From an uncultured Phycisphaerales bacterium (lineage in GTDB: Bacteria > Planctomycetota > Phycisphaerae > SM23-33 > FEN-1343), in NCBI GenBank assembly GCA_963785635.1, contig CAWAWB010000007.1:114199-178198 (forward strand): 64,000 bases of DNA. The letters are read 5' to 3'. Position numbers and translations under genes: made by a program. The notes under the pieces are model-generated. The model worked only from the letters and a program-made list of their open reading frames with translations, was not told where the DNA came from and made no database searches. Position 1 is the stretch's first letter; each line of letters opens with the position of its first letter. Positions 54,230 to 63,401 of the stretch are shown piece after piece.

Positions 54230-55603
54230 TCAGATCTTGAAGCCCGGCAGGCAGGCTTTGGTGGCCTTGAGCATCTCGTTGAACAGTTTTTCCGCCTTGT
54301 AGGTGGTCAAGGTCATCAGCGGGTCGTTCAAGAAGGCCTGGAAGGCCAGGTTCTTGTCACGCGTCAGTGCGGCTTCGATGGTCATTTCCTGGTTGTAAAT
54401 GTGCCGCAGGATCAACGTCTCCACGCCGGGGGGCAGGCTGCCGGAATACTCCGGCTTGACGCTGTTGCTGCGGAAGTACGCGAAAGTCTCGACCACCGCA
54501 TCCTGGGGCAGGCCGTCGATCTGGCCGATGTTGGGCAGATTCACGTTGGTGCGCAGGTCGCCCAGGCCCAGGAGCGCCTTAATCTGCGCTATGGTCTCCT
54601 CGCCGGACATCTCGATTTCCATGTCCTTCGGATCGCGGATGCGCTCCAGATGCTTCTTGGGCAGCTCCATGTACCGCTCGTAGCGGAAATCAAACGGCGT
54701 AAGCTTGACGCCCCAGGACTCGATCGTTTCCAGGTCCTTGAGGTACCAGGGCACGAACTCGGTGATGTGCCGCTCGCCGCCGGTGGGCAGTATCCCGAAG
54801 CGCCGGAACAGGTCGTATTGCACCTGGCCCTTGCACTCGAACATGCCCATCTTGTCGCTTTCTTCCTTGGGAATTTTGCGAACCTTGCCGGGGCCTTGCC
54901 ATTCCTTGCGATACAGGTCGATCAGGTTGATGCCCTTGTACTGGGCCTTGGTGATCCAGGTGAAGTGGTTGATGCCCAGTGCCGTCACATCCAGGTCGTA
55001 GCGGGTCAGGCCCTTGATGCCGTGGTACTTGCCCAGCAGCCGTGCTAACCAGTCCTGGGTGCCGAACATCTCGTGGCAGCAGCCGAAGGCTTTTGCCTCC
55101 GGGAATACTTTGTACAACGTCCGTGTGCAAATCGTCATCGGGTTGGTGTAGTTGATAACCCACGCCTCGGGGCAGTAGCGGGCGATGGCCTCGGCCATCT
55201 CCGCGTAATCGATGGCGGAGCGCAGGCCGCGGATGACGCCGGCCGGCCCCACCGTGTCGCCCACCGGGTGCAGGATGCCGTACTTGGCGGGCAGGTTGAT
55301 GTCCGCCCCCATCATCTCGATGGGCCCGGGCTGAATGGAGGCCACGACGAAATCCACGCCTGAAAGGCACTGCTTCAGGTTGTCAACGACAGTGGCCTTC
55401 CACTGGCTCTTGGCGTACTTGGACTCGTTGACCTTTTTAGACCAGCGGGCGTTGAGCTGCGCCTGGGGCTTATCGATGTCGTACAGCCGCACCTCGCCGG
55501 TCAGTTCGTCGCTGGCCGCCAGGTCCTTGAAAAGCTGCGGCGCCCAGCCGCGCGAACCGCCGCCGATGTAGCCGATCTTGATGTAGGGAACATCTTTCTT
55601 CAT
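54230..55603 (-). CDS. Glycoside hydrolase family 4 (NAD+/Mn2+-dependent alpha-glucosidase/galactosidase type)
   Basis: IGYIGGGSRGWAPQLFKDL is a Rossmann start typical of GH4. The length is ~460 aa. Confidence 0.75.
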   Translation of the reverse strand: MKKDVPYIKIGYIGGGSRGWAPQLFKDLAASDELTGEVRLYDIDKPQAQLNARWSKKVNESKYAKSQWKATVVDNLKQCLSGVDFVVASIQPGPIEMMGADINLPAKYGILHPVGDTVGPAGVIRGLRSAIDYAEMAEAIARYCPEAWVINYTNPMTICTRTLYKVFPEAKAFGCCHEMFGTQDWLARLLGKYHGIKGLTRYDLDVTALGINHFTWITKAQYKGINLIDLYRKEWQGPGKVRKIPKEESDKMGMFECKGQVQYDLFRRFGILPTGGERHITEFVPWYLKDLETIESWGVKLTPFDFRYERYMELPKKHLERIRDPKDMEIEMSGEETIAQIKALLGLGDLRTNVNLPNIGQIDGLPQDAVVETFAYFRSNSVKPEYSGSLPPGVETLILRHIYNQEMTIEAALTRDKNLAFQAFLNDPLMTLTTYKAEKLFNEMLKATKACLPGFKI

Positions 55604-55725
55604 CTTGCGCTGCTTGCCCATTCTTATTCTCCAGTGGCGAATTTACGCCGAATAACAACTGTGCATTATTGTGCGAGAATGTATGAGTCTACATTTTTTG
55701 GCGGACAGTTCAAGGGAAGTTAACA

Positions 55726-55790
55726 GGTTACAGGGTACAGAGCTCCGGCCGTACCTCTTCCTGTTCTGTACCCTGTAACCTTCAACCTGC
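55726..55790. promoter_or_regulatory. Perfect 16-bp inverted repeat (ggttacagggtacaga N33 tctgtaccctgtaacc) in the GH4/pyrD divergent region
   Basis: Read directly from the sequence. It lies ~40 bp upstream of the pyrD start. It could be an operator or a leader hairpin. Confidence 0.4.
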
Positions 55791-55830
55791 AATTGAATTT
55801 ACGGGCCGCAAATGCTAGTGTGCCCCTTCA

Positions 55831-56766
55831 ATGGTTGATCTTTCGGTCGACATCGCGGGCGTAAAGCTGGCCAATCCCCTGATGACTGCCTCGGGCACGT
55901 GCGGCTACGCGCTGGAATACCAGCCGTACGTGGACCTGCGCGAACTGGGGGCGTTTGTCACCAAGTCCATTACGGTCGGCCCGCGCGCGGGCAACCCGCC
56001 TCACCGCATCGTAGAGACGCGGGCCGGCATGCTCAACGCCATCGGCCTGGCGAACGTGGGGCTGGAAGTCTTCCTGAAGGAAAAAGTATCCGTGCTGGAG
56101 CAGATGGGGCTGCCAGTCTTTGTGAACGTCGCCGGCGTGACCATCGAGGATTACTGCGCGGTCACAGAGGCCCTGGCGGATGTTTCCATCGTGCGCGGCG
56201 TCGAACTCAACATCTCCTGCCCCAATGTCAAGGAAGGCGGCATCACCTTCGGCACGGATGTTCACCAGGTGGAGAAAATCACCAAGGCGGTCAAGGCCCG
56301 CTGCGGCAAGAACATCCTGATCGTAAAACTCTCCCCGAATGTCACGGATATCACCCTAACTGCCCGCGCGGCGGTCGATGCCGGCGCGAATGCCTTAAGC
56401 CTCATCAACACGTTTACGGCCATGGCCATCGATGTGGAAACGCAGCGGCCGATTCTCGCCAATAACACCGGCGGCCTGTCCGGCCCGGCCATTCACCCCA
56501 TCGCCGTGTATATGGTGCACCGCGTATACACGCAGGTGTGCAAGGCGGCGAAGATTCCCATCATCGCCATGGGCGGCATTCAGCACTGGCGCGATGCTGT
56601 CGAGTTTTTGCTCGCCGGGGCAACCGGCCTGGCCGTGGGCACGGCCCTCTTTGTGAACCCGGCGTGCCTGATCGCGATCCGCGATGGGATCGCCGATTAT
56701 TTGAAGCGCCACAATTGCGTGAAGATCAGTGAGATAATCGGGGCGATGAAATTGAACGAGGGATAG
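55831..56766 (+). CDS. pyrD: Dihydroorotate dehydrogenase catalytic subunit PyrD (class 1)
   Basis: MVDLSVDIAGVKLANPLMTASGTCGY...NISCPN...GGI. Confidence 0.9.
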   Translation: MVDLSVDIAGVKLANPLMTASGTCGYALEYQPYVDLRELGAFVTKSITVGPRAGNPPHRIVETRAGMLNAIGLANVGLEVFLKEKVSVLEQMGLPVFVNVAGVTIEDYCAVTEALADVSIVRGVELNISCPNVKEGGITFGTDVHQVEKITKAVKARCGKNILIVKLSPNVTDITLTARAAVDAGANALSLINTFTAMAIDVETQRPILANNTGGLSGPAIHPIAVYMVHRVYTQVCKAAKIPIIAMGGIQHWRDAVEFLLAGATGLAVGTALFVNPACLIAIRDGIADYLKRHNCVKISEIIGAMKLNEG

Positions 56767-56833
56767 GAAAAAGAAAGATAACCACAAAGATCACAAAGAC
56801 CACGAAGGACACAAAGAAGACAAAGGCATTAAA

Positions 56834-58180
56834 GGCCAGGTGACAGCAACCGTGTTACACCTGAGCCGTGATTTTATGGCATTTGCTGAGACGCTTTCAA
56901 CGATCCTTGAACTTATGTTTTGGAACCTGATAACCAATTGTTTTGATCAACGGCTGCCAAGCCGGTTCGCGGCGGCGCAGCTTGAAAAAGCGAACCTGGC
57001 CGTGTGTCAGATCGACCTCCACGCGCACGAGCCGATGGGGCCAATCCACGTCCACGCGCCACGAGTGCCCCAGGCATTCCACGTGGCCGCGCGCATCGCT
57101 GCGCCGCAAAAAGATTACCGTTCCAGCCAGCGGCGCATTAAAGTTGGGCACGAAGGAGGCGGGCATCGGCCGACGAGCCGGCGCCCCGGCGATGCGCTGG
57201 GACGAACGCTGTCGCATCGAGGCGATCATCGCATCGCTTCGGGTCCGAAGAGCTCGGATGTTGCGATGTTTGAACCTGCGCCAGACCAGGCGTTGCCAGC
57301 GGCCGTTGAAAGCTTCGACCTCCGCCTGAAAGCCCGGCTCTCTGGGCGGGGCAAAGATCGGCGTAACCTGCAATTGCAGGCACAGGCGGATCACTCGCCC
57401 GAAGCTGTCGGGCCACTGATGAGCGCCTTGGAAGATGGTGTCGTTGTCGAACTTGGCGTAGTGCGGCCGGCCATGCTCGCGCCAATGCTCCAACAGCGAT
57501 TCGACCACGATTTTCGCGGTGATTTTGTTTTTTGGCCAACTGGCCGGCAGCCCGCCCAGCAGGCTCATCCCGTTGAGCAAGGTAACGTCCTGGCCCCCGC
57601 GAATAACCAGATCGGTGATGGCGTCGAAGCTGTCGATCTCGGCTCGCCCGGCGGCGACCTCGGGCAGATACCAGCCCTTGGGCGGCGGCCGTCGACGCGT
57701 GCGTCGACGCCCATCCAGTACGCCGTTGCGGGACAGGATTCTCCCAATGGTTCTGCAAGAAGGCAGGGCCTGCAGCCCCTGGGCCAGCAACTCGGCATGG
57801 ATGGCTTTGGCGCCATGCTCCCCATGGGCACTGCGCAACTTCAACTGCCGACGGGTGGCCAGAATCCTGCGTTCCAGGGTTCTGGAGGTGCGATTGCGCG
57901 GCCGGCGACAGCCGGAGCGAAGATTGCCCAAATCCGTGCGACCCAAACGCGTGCCCTCGGCACGTTTGCACCAGCGCTGCACCGTCATGTGACTGACGCC
58001 AAAACGCCTGGCCACCCGCCGTGTGGAGCTGCCGCGACGGACAGCCAAAATCATCTGGTAACGGCGTTCGGAAAGAGACGTTTTTCATCACACATGGTCC
58101 TCGGGGAAACTTTTTTCCCGCATGATAGCTGTAACATAGTTGCTGTCACTCAGGTGTAACACGATTGCTGTCACCTGGCC
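56834..58180 (-). mobile_element. IS481-family-like insertion sequence (~1347 bp), apparently intact, with 32-bp terminal inverted repeats and a 7-bp target-site duplication
   Basis: IRL is GGCCAGGTGACAGCAACCGTGTTACACCTGAG. IRR (reverse complement) is GGCCAGGTGACAGCAATCGTGTTACACCTGAG. CATTAAA is directly repeated at 56827-56833 and 58181-58187. There is a single transposase ORF. Confidence 0.8.
56897..58054 (-). CDS. IS481-family-type DDE transposase (N-terminal HTH + rve integrase core)
   Basis: HTH RRFGVSHMTVQRWCKR. DDE candidates are IDSFD, AKFDNDTIFQG (cf. DNGxEF) and AEVEAFNGRWQ (cf. VERFNRTL). Confidence 0.75.
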   Translation of the reverse strand: MILAVRRGSSTRRVARRFGVSHMTVQRWCKRAEGTRLGRTDLGNLRSGCRRPRNRTSRTLERRILATRRQLKLRSAHGEHGAKAIHAELLAQGLQALPSCRTIGRILSRNGVLDGRRRTRRRPPPKGWYLPEVAAGRAEIDSFDAITDLVIRGGQDVTLLNGMSLLGGLPASWPKNKITAKIVVESLLEHWREHGRPHYAKFDNDTIFQGAHQWPDSFGRVIRLCLQLQVTPIFAPPREPGFQAEVEAFNGRWQRLVWRRFKHRNIRALRTRSDAMIASMRQRSSQRIAGAPARRPMPASFVPNFNAPLAGTVIFLRRSDARGHVECLGHSWRVDVDWPHRLVRVEVDLTHGQVRFFKLRRREPAWQPLIKTIGYQVPKHKFKDR

Positions 58181-58289
58181 CATTAAAACTTAATCCGGAA
58201 GAGAATTCTCCGGCCGTTCTTCGTGCTCTTTGTGATCTTGGTGATCTTTGTGGTTGCCTTTTCTTAAGCGTCCAGGCTGGAGGTGCAAC

Positions 58290-59564
58290 ATGCAAAGATT
58301 CATGTTCTTCGCCTGCATTTTCGTCTTAGCTACGACGCTCGAATTTACTGCCGCGCAGACGGCATCCGCGCCGGCGGGCACCAAAATTTATCCCCCCTCT
58401 GCCGTCGATGTCGCGCGAAGGTCCATCGACCTTTCCATCGAGAACACCTCCTTCGATAAGGCGATCTTCACACTGGCAAAGCAGAGCGGCGGTCGCTTCG
58501 CCATCGACTGGAAGAGCCTGGCCGCGGTCGGCATCACCGGCGGCAGTAAGGCGAGCGTTCAGGGCGAAAAGCTGCCCGTGGCCAAGGCGCTGGATATGCT
58601 GCTGGCCTCGCTCAAGGATGCCAAGATCCCGTTGGGCTGGACGATCTACTCCGACACGTTCGTTATCACCACGCAGGCACAGATCCTCCGCTACCAGCAA
58701 TTCTCCGCGGCTATGCGCGAGATGGGCCGCTCACCGGAAGAAGTAACCGCCAAACCCGCGGCCGCAAGCGGAGCCTCGGCGGGACCAGCCACAGCCGCGC
58801 AGGGCGCGAAGGCGCAGCCGATTTCGGCCGCGGCCCTGTGGACCAGGAGGCTCGATATCGATTTCAAGGACACATCCTTTGAGGATGTAGTCGCCTACAT
58901 CAAAGAAAAGACCGGCATGAACGTGGTGGTTAACTGGCGGGCCCTGGAAATGGTGGGCGTGGACAAGACGGCCCGCATCAGCCTGAAGGTGTCCAACATA
59001 ACCATGCCCCAGGCCATGGAACTGATCTTCAGCCAGTTCAACGCGGGCAAGTCGCCGCTGGAGAAGGTGTATTGGGACTACCGCGAGGGCATCCTTTCCA
59101 TCACCACCGGCAGCGTGCTGAATGAGCGGATGGAGAGCCGCGTGTACGATGTGAACGACCTCCTGCTGGTCGTGCCGAATTTCGCCGCGCCGACCATGGG
59201 CGGAGGATCAGCCATTGGGAACCCCGGCGCGGGCGGCCAGAATAGCTGGGGCGGCGGCAGCGGTGGCAATTTCGCCGGCAGCAGCGGCAGCGCGGCTGGC
59301 AGCAGCAACTATAGCACCGGCGGTTATAGCGGTTCTGGTTCCGCGGGTTCTACAATGGGGGCAATGACTCAAAACCAAGGCTTCGGCCAAACGGGCGTCC
59401 AAGGCAGCAGCGATCAGGAGTCTATCCTGATCTCCATCGTGCAGAACATGATCGGCCCGGATTTCTGGGCCCCGGCAGGCAAAGGCACCATCCGCATCTT
59501 TAAGGGGCAGATGATCATTACGCAGAGCAGGCTGGGATTTTTGCTGCTGGACAGAGGCTTTTAG
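58290..59564 (+). CDS. Secreted protein with two STN-like (secretin/TonB N-terminal) domains and a Gly/Ser-rich C-terminal region
   Basis: The start is MQRFMFFACIFVLATTLEFTAAQTASA (signal peptide). There are two ~80-aa repeats (IDLSIENTSFDKAIFTLAKQSGG...; LDIDFKDTSFEDVVAYIKEKTGMNVVVNW...). The ORF-track start at 58248 lies inside the repeat-element arm. Confidence 0.45.
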   Translation: MQRFMFFACIFVLATTLEFTAAQTASAPAGTKIYPPSAVDVARRSIDLSIENTSFDKAIFTLAKQSGGRFAIDWKSLAAVGITGGSKASVQGEKLPVAKALDMLLASLKDAKIPLGWTIYSDTFVITTQAQILRYQQFSAAMREMGRSPEEVTAKPAAASGASAGPATAAQGAKAQPISAAALWTRRLDIDFKDTSFEDVVAYIKEKTGMNVVVNWRALEMVGVDKTARISLKVSNITMPQAMELIFSQFNAGKSPLEKVYWDYREGILSITTGSVLNERMESRVYDVNDLLLVVPNFAAPTMGGGSAIGNPGAGGQNSWGGGSGGNFAGSSGSAAGSSNYSTGGYSGSGSAGSTMGAMTQNQGFGQTGVQGSSDQESILISIVQNMIGPDFWAPAGKGTIRIFKGQMIITQSRLGFLLLDRGF

Positions 59565-59569
59565 ACCAC

Positions 59570-59652
59570 AGGCTGTAGGCTGTAGGTAAAGCCGGAAAAG
59601 AGGTATCTCTTGCTCTTTCCGGTCGTTCCTACGGTCTACAGTCTACAGCCTG
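59570..59652. terminator. Long compound inverted repeat between convergent genes, a probable bidirectional terminator
   Basis: caggctgtaggctgtagg...agccggaaaagag...ctctttccggtc...cctacggtctacagtctacagcctg. Confidence 0.5.
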
Positions 59653-59653
59653 C

Positions 59654-60239
59654 TCATTTCGGAAAATCAATCCGCCCATCCATCTGGTGCGTCGTGCCAT
59701 AGTCTCCCAGCATCGCGGCATAGCCTTCCTTCTCGATGGGCGTTTTTCCCAGGCCCAGTATCTTGGCCACGGCATCGATGGCCTCCGGCTCGCCCTCGAT
59801 CTCGACGAAGGCGCCCAGGTACGGCAGCTCATCCAGCTCCACCTTGCAGGAGCCCAATTCCCAGCTCTCGCGGCGTTTTTCGAAGATGAGCATGGCCGTA
59901 AAGCCCAGTTCCTCCAGGATCAGGGATGCGGCGGAGGCGTTATCCACCTTCAGCCTCGATTTCCTGACGCGATTTATAAATCCCCGGCTTCCGCGGGCCC
60001 TTATAGGTGATGGTGTTCTTCGTCTCGCCCGGCAGCGGATTGTTGTTTTCATCGATGGCGCGGGTGAAGCGAATGCGCAGGCCGCTATCGGCGGCTCTCG
60101 AGCATGCCGCCGGGCCGGTCGAAGAAGGCGTTCTCCTCCAGGACCTTGCCCTGCTGTTTCGCCCCGTTTTCTTTCAGGCGGCGGCGAACCTCTTGGTGGC
60201 CCTCTACACGATATTTCGCTTCGATTTCATCGGCCATCT
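59654..60239 (-). CDS. CYTH-domain protein (class IV adenylate cyclase / triphosphate tunnel metalloenzyme family), apparent frameshifts
   Basis: Manual minus-strand translation from the ATG at 60239 gives MADEIEAKYRVEGHQEVRRRLKENGA.... The C-terminal part is ORF 59654..60052 (ELDELPYLGAFVEIEGEPEAIDAVAKILGL). Confidence 0.55.
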
Positions 60240-60372
60240 TTTCACCTTAATTACAAATTACAAGTGACAAAGTACAAATTACGGGAGACCCGCACATCAA
60301 CGCCCGAACCGAATCCCATCACCCCGTCCCTCTTATAATTTGTAACTTGTACTTTGTAATTTGTAATTTCTC
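60240..60372. repeat. Hairpin repeat element, TACAAAT/GACAAAG variant of the heptamer-phased family
   Basis: Left arm is aattacaaattacaagtgacaaagtacaaattacggg. Right arm is the inverted ttataatttgtaacttgtactttgtaatttgtaatttc. Confidence 0.55.
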
Positions 60373-61838
60373 TAGGTCTGTTCCTCGGCCGCGGCTTTCA
60401 TCTGCCCCGGCGGCCGCGCCGCCGCGGGCTGTACCAGCAGCCGTCTCACGGTCCGTATCGGCGTAAAGAGAATTCCCGGCACGGTGTGCAGGACCCCTTG
60501 GGCGATCTGCCGCGCGACGATGCCCACCGGCTTGGCGTTAGGCTCGGGCATACGGATCAGCCAGATAACCCCCGAAACACGAAAGATGCCGCTGATCAGC
60601 CAGATCAGGTGGTAATTTATCAGCTCCACCGAGCCGATGTGGAGATGGAAGTTGGCCGTCCATTTGGCCATGGCGCCGGCCAAAATGCCTCCCGCCACGC
60701 CGGTAATGGCCATCAGCACGTACACCGAGGCGCCGTAGGTCGAGCGGCCGTCGTTATCGACGAAACTGTATTCCAGGTTCGTGCGCGCGATATTGAAACC
60801 GCACCAGGCGGCTCCTCCGAATATGCCCACCACCGCGGCCGCGAACTGCGGCATGAACATGTGGCCTGGTCCGCCCGGCAGGACAAAAAGCCAGCCCCAG
60901 ATATTCATGGCGATGCCCACGGTCGTCAGAACCAGGATGGGCTTCAGCGCCCCAGCGGTCGGCCGCGCGGCCCCAGGGGTTGCTCGATAGGAGGCTGCCT
61001 ATTGGACCCCACAACAGCACGGCGATCATAGTCTGGAGATTATCCAGATGGCAGAACTTCTGGCAGAACAGGCCAAAGAACGGCGCAGACATGAAGCAGC
61101 CGAGATTAATGAGGCCAAGACCGGTGACGTACTTGCGGAAGCGAACTTCCCGCATCGGTTGGGCGACGATTTCCCACCAGCCGATCTTCACGCGCTTGCG
61201 CGCGGATAGATCTCCCGCACGCGGCGGAAGCACCAGATGTCCAGCGTGCCTAAGACGCCCGCCATGATGAACAGGCCCAGCAGCGTCCACACTAAGAGCG
61301 GCACATCCCTGGCGTGCCTGATGCCATCCTGGATCTCGTGGCGCAGGGCCTGGGGTGAAACGCGGTCCAGCAAGAGGCCAATGGCCACCGTCGCCACTAC
61401 CTGCACGGTGACCGCGTAGGCGTTGCGGCGGGCGAAAAACCGCCCGCGGATGCGCGAGGGAATCAATTCGGCCATCCAGGTGTTCCACGGCGGCGTGGCC
61501 AGTTGGCCCAGCACCGAGGCTATCAGCACCACAACCACCGCCACCCAGACAATGATCATCCGGACGTGCGGCGTACCGGGTAGCAGCAGCAGCGCCACCG
61601 CCAGGAAGCCCAGGACCATCCAGAGCAGTCTTCCGGCGATATTGGCCCACATGAACAGGTGCTTGCGACGGCCGGTACGCTCGATGTGATAACTGGCGGG
61701 AAGCTGAGCCAGCGTCGCCGCGGAGGCTACGCCACTAAGCAGACCCCAGTGAAAATCCGTGAAGCCGGCCAGGTAGCCAAGGTTCAGGAAGGGCGCACCG
61801 CTGAGGTTAGTGGCCACCATCCACACGGTGCCGAACAT
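60372..61838 (-). CDS. MFS-type transporter (several apparent frameshifts)
   Basis: Three overlapping minus-strand ORFs (61188..61838, 60754..61650, 60372..60920) together give a ~12-TM hydrophobic protein. Confidence 0.6.
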
Positions 61839-62062
61839 CCAGGCTACCGTGACGGTGCGCAGGCAGCTGCAGCTCCTTGCCGCGGATACATAGCGCCGGC
61901 AATTCTTCGTAAGTAACTGATTCTTCGCGTGCCACTGTATTTCTATCGGCAGCCGTCGGCGCCCGAAACTACAGGGACACCGTGGTCGAAAGTTAATAAT
62001 GAATAATACTCTTCAAAGCGGGGGCGGCCCAGGCTCACGCGCGGCCGTCCCGGAAGCTCGCC

Positions 62063-63183
62063 TCACTCTTCAAGTATGACAACTTCGCGGGGGCTAAAGA
62101 TAGCCTCCACCTGCGCCCCGGGAAAAAATGCCCCGCTGCCAGCCGCGCCGACGACCACGGCCCGGATCACGTGGCCGGTACTGGTTCGCAGCCGGTAGCG
62201 GACGGTCGGGCCCATGTACGTCGCCTCTTCGCACGAAACGGCAATTCTATTCAAAGCACCAAGCTCTCGCGGTTCGGCCGGCGCACCATTCTTGCCGATC
62301 AACTGAACGCTCTCGGGACGGATGCAGCATACCACATCGCTGCCCGCGCTGAGTCTTGCCTCCGACCGCCCCAAGAGCCGGCCGACTGCTGTATCGACGG
62401 CGATAAACCCATCGCCGCCGGCAGCTTGGGCAACTTTGCCGGAAAAGAAATTCGCCTCGCCCAGGAAATCCGCCACGAAGCGATTTGCCGGCTGCTTATA
62501 AACCTCCTGTGGCGTACCCACCTGAATGATTCTGCCCTTGTCCATCACCGCGATGCGATCGGCCATGGACAGGGCCTCATCCTGGTCGTGCGTGACATAC
62601 ACGGCGGTGGCGCCGAACTTATTGACCAGCCGGCGAATCTCGCCGCGCATCCGCTCGCGCAGGCGGGCATCCAGATTGCTCAAAGGCTCATCCAGGAGCA
62701 GTCCCTTGGCGCAACCGCCAGCGCGCGGGCCAGCGCCATGCGCTGCTGCTGCCCGCCGGAAAGCTGGGCGGGCTTGTGCTTGGCGCGGTCGAGCATGCCC
62801 ACCAGGTCCAGCATTTCCTTTACAGTCTCTCTAACTTCCCCGCGCGGCCGTCTACGGGTCTTTGGCCCAAAGGCCACGTTGGAGGCGATGGTCATGTGGG
62901 GCCACAAAGCGTAATTCTGAAACACCATGGCGAGCTGCCGCTTCTCGGCGGGCAGGTTGGTCACATCCACATCATCAAGAAACACTTTGCCCGAATCCGG
63001 GGCGACAAATCCGGCCAAAATGCGCAGAAGCGTCGTCTTGCCGCAACCCGAAGGCCCTAAGAGAAAAAACATCTCCCCGCGACCGATGCGGCAACTGACA
63101 TTATCCACCGCCGCCACAGGCTCCTGTCCCCGCGCGGCGGCGGGAAATGTTTTGACTAGGTTTTCTACGCGAATATTTAGCAC
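62063..63183 (-). CDS. ABC transporter ATP-binding protein with C-terminal TOBE domain (PotA/FbpC/ModC type), apparent frameshift near 62690
   Basis: Walker [10 protein letters not shown], signature [15 protein letters not shown] (ORF 62680..63183). Walker B and H-loop plus the TOBE region are in ORF 62063..62683. Confidence 0.75.
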
Positions 63184-63401
63184 GTTGCCAGACTAGAACT
63201 CAGAGGTGGCAAAGTCAATCGGGCCGCAAAGCGGCCTGGCTTTTTGGCGTTTTGACTATTTGGCTGTTTGGTAAGGGCTCGAAAAATTGTGTGGCTGATT
63301 GACTAAGCCAAAATGGCGGCTGAACTGGTTCACTGTTAAACTGTTTCGCGGGTTCCCGTCGTACCTAACAGTCAAACAGCAAAAGGCCAAATAGCCAAAT
63401 A

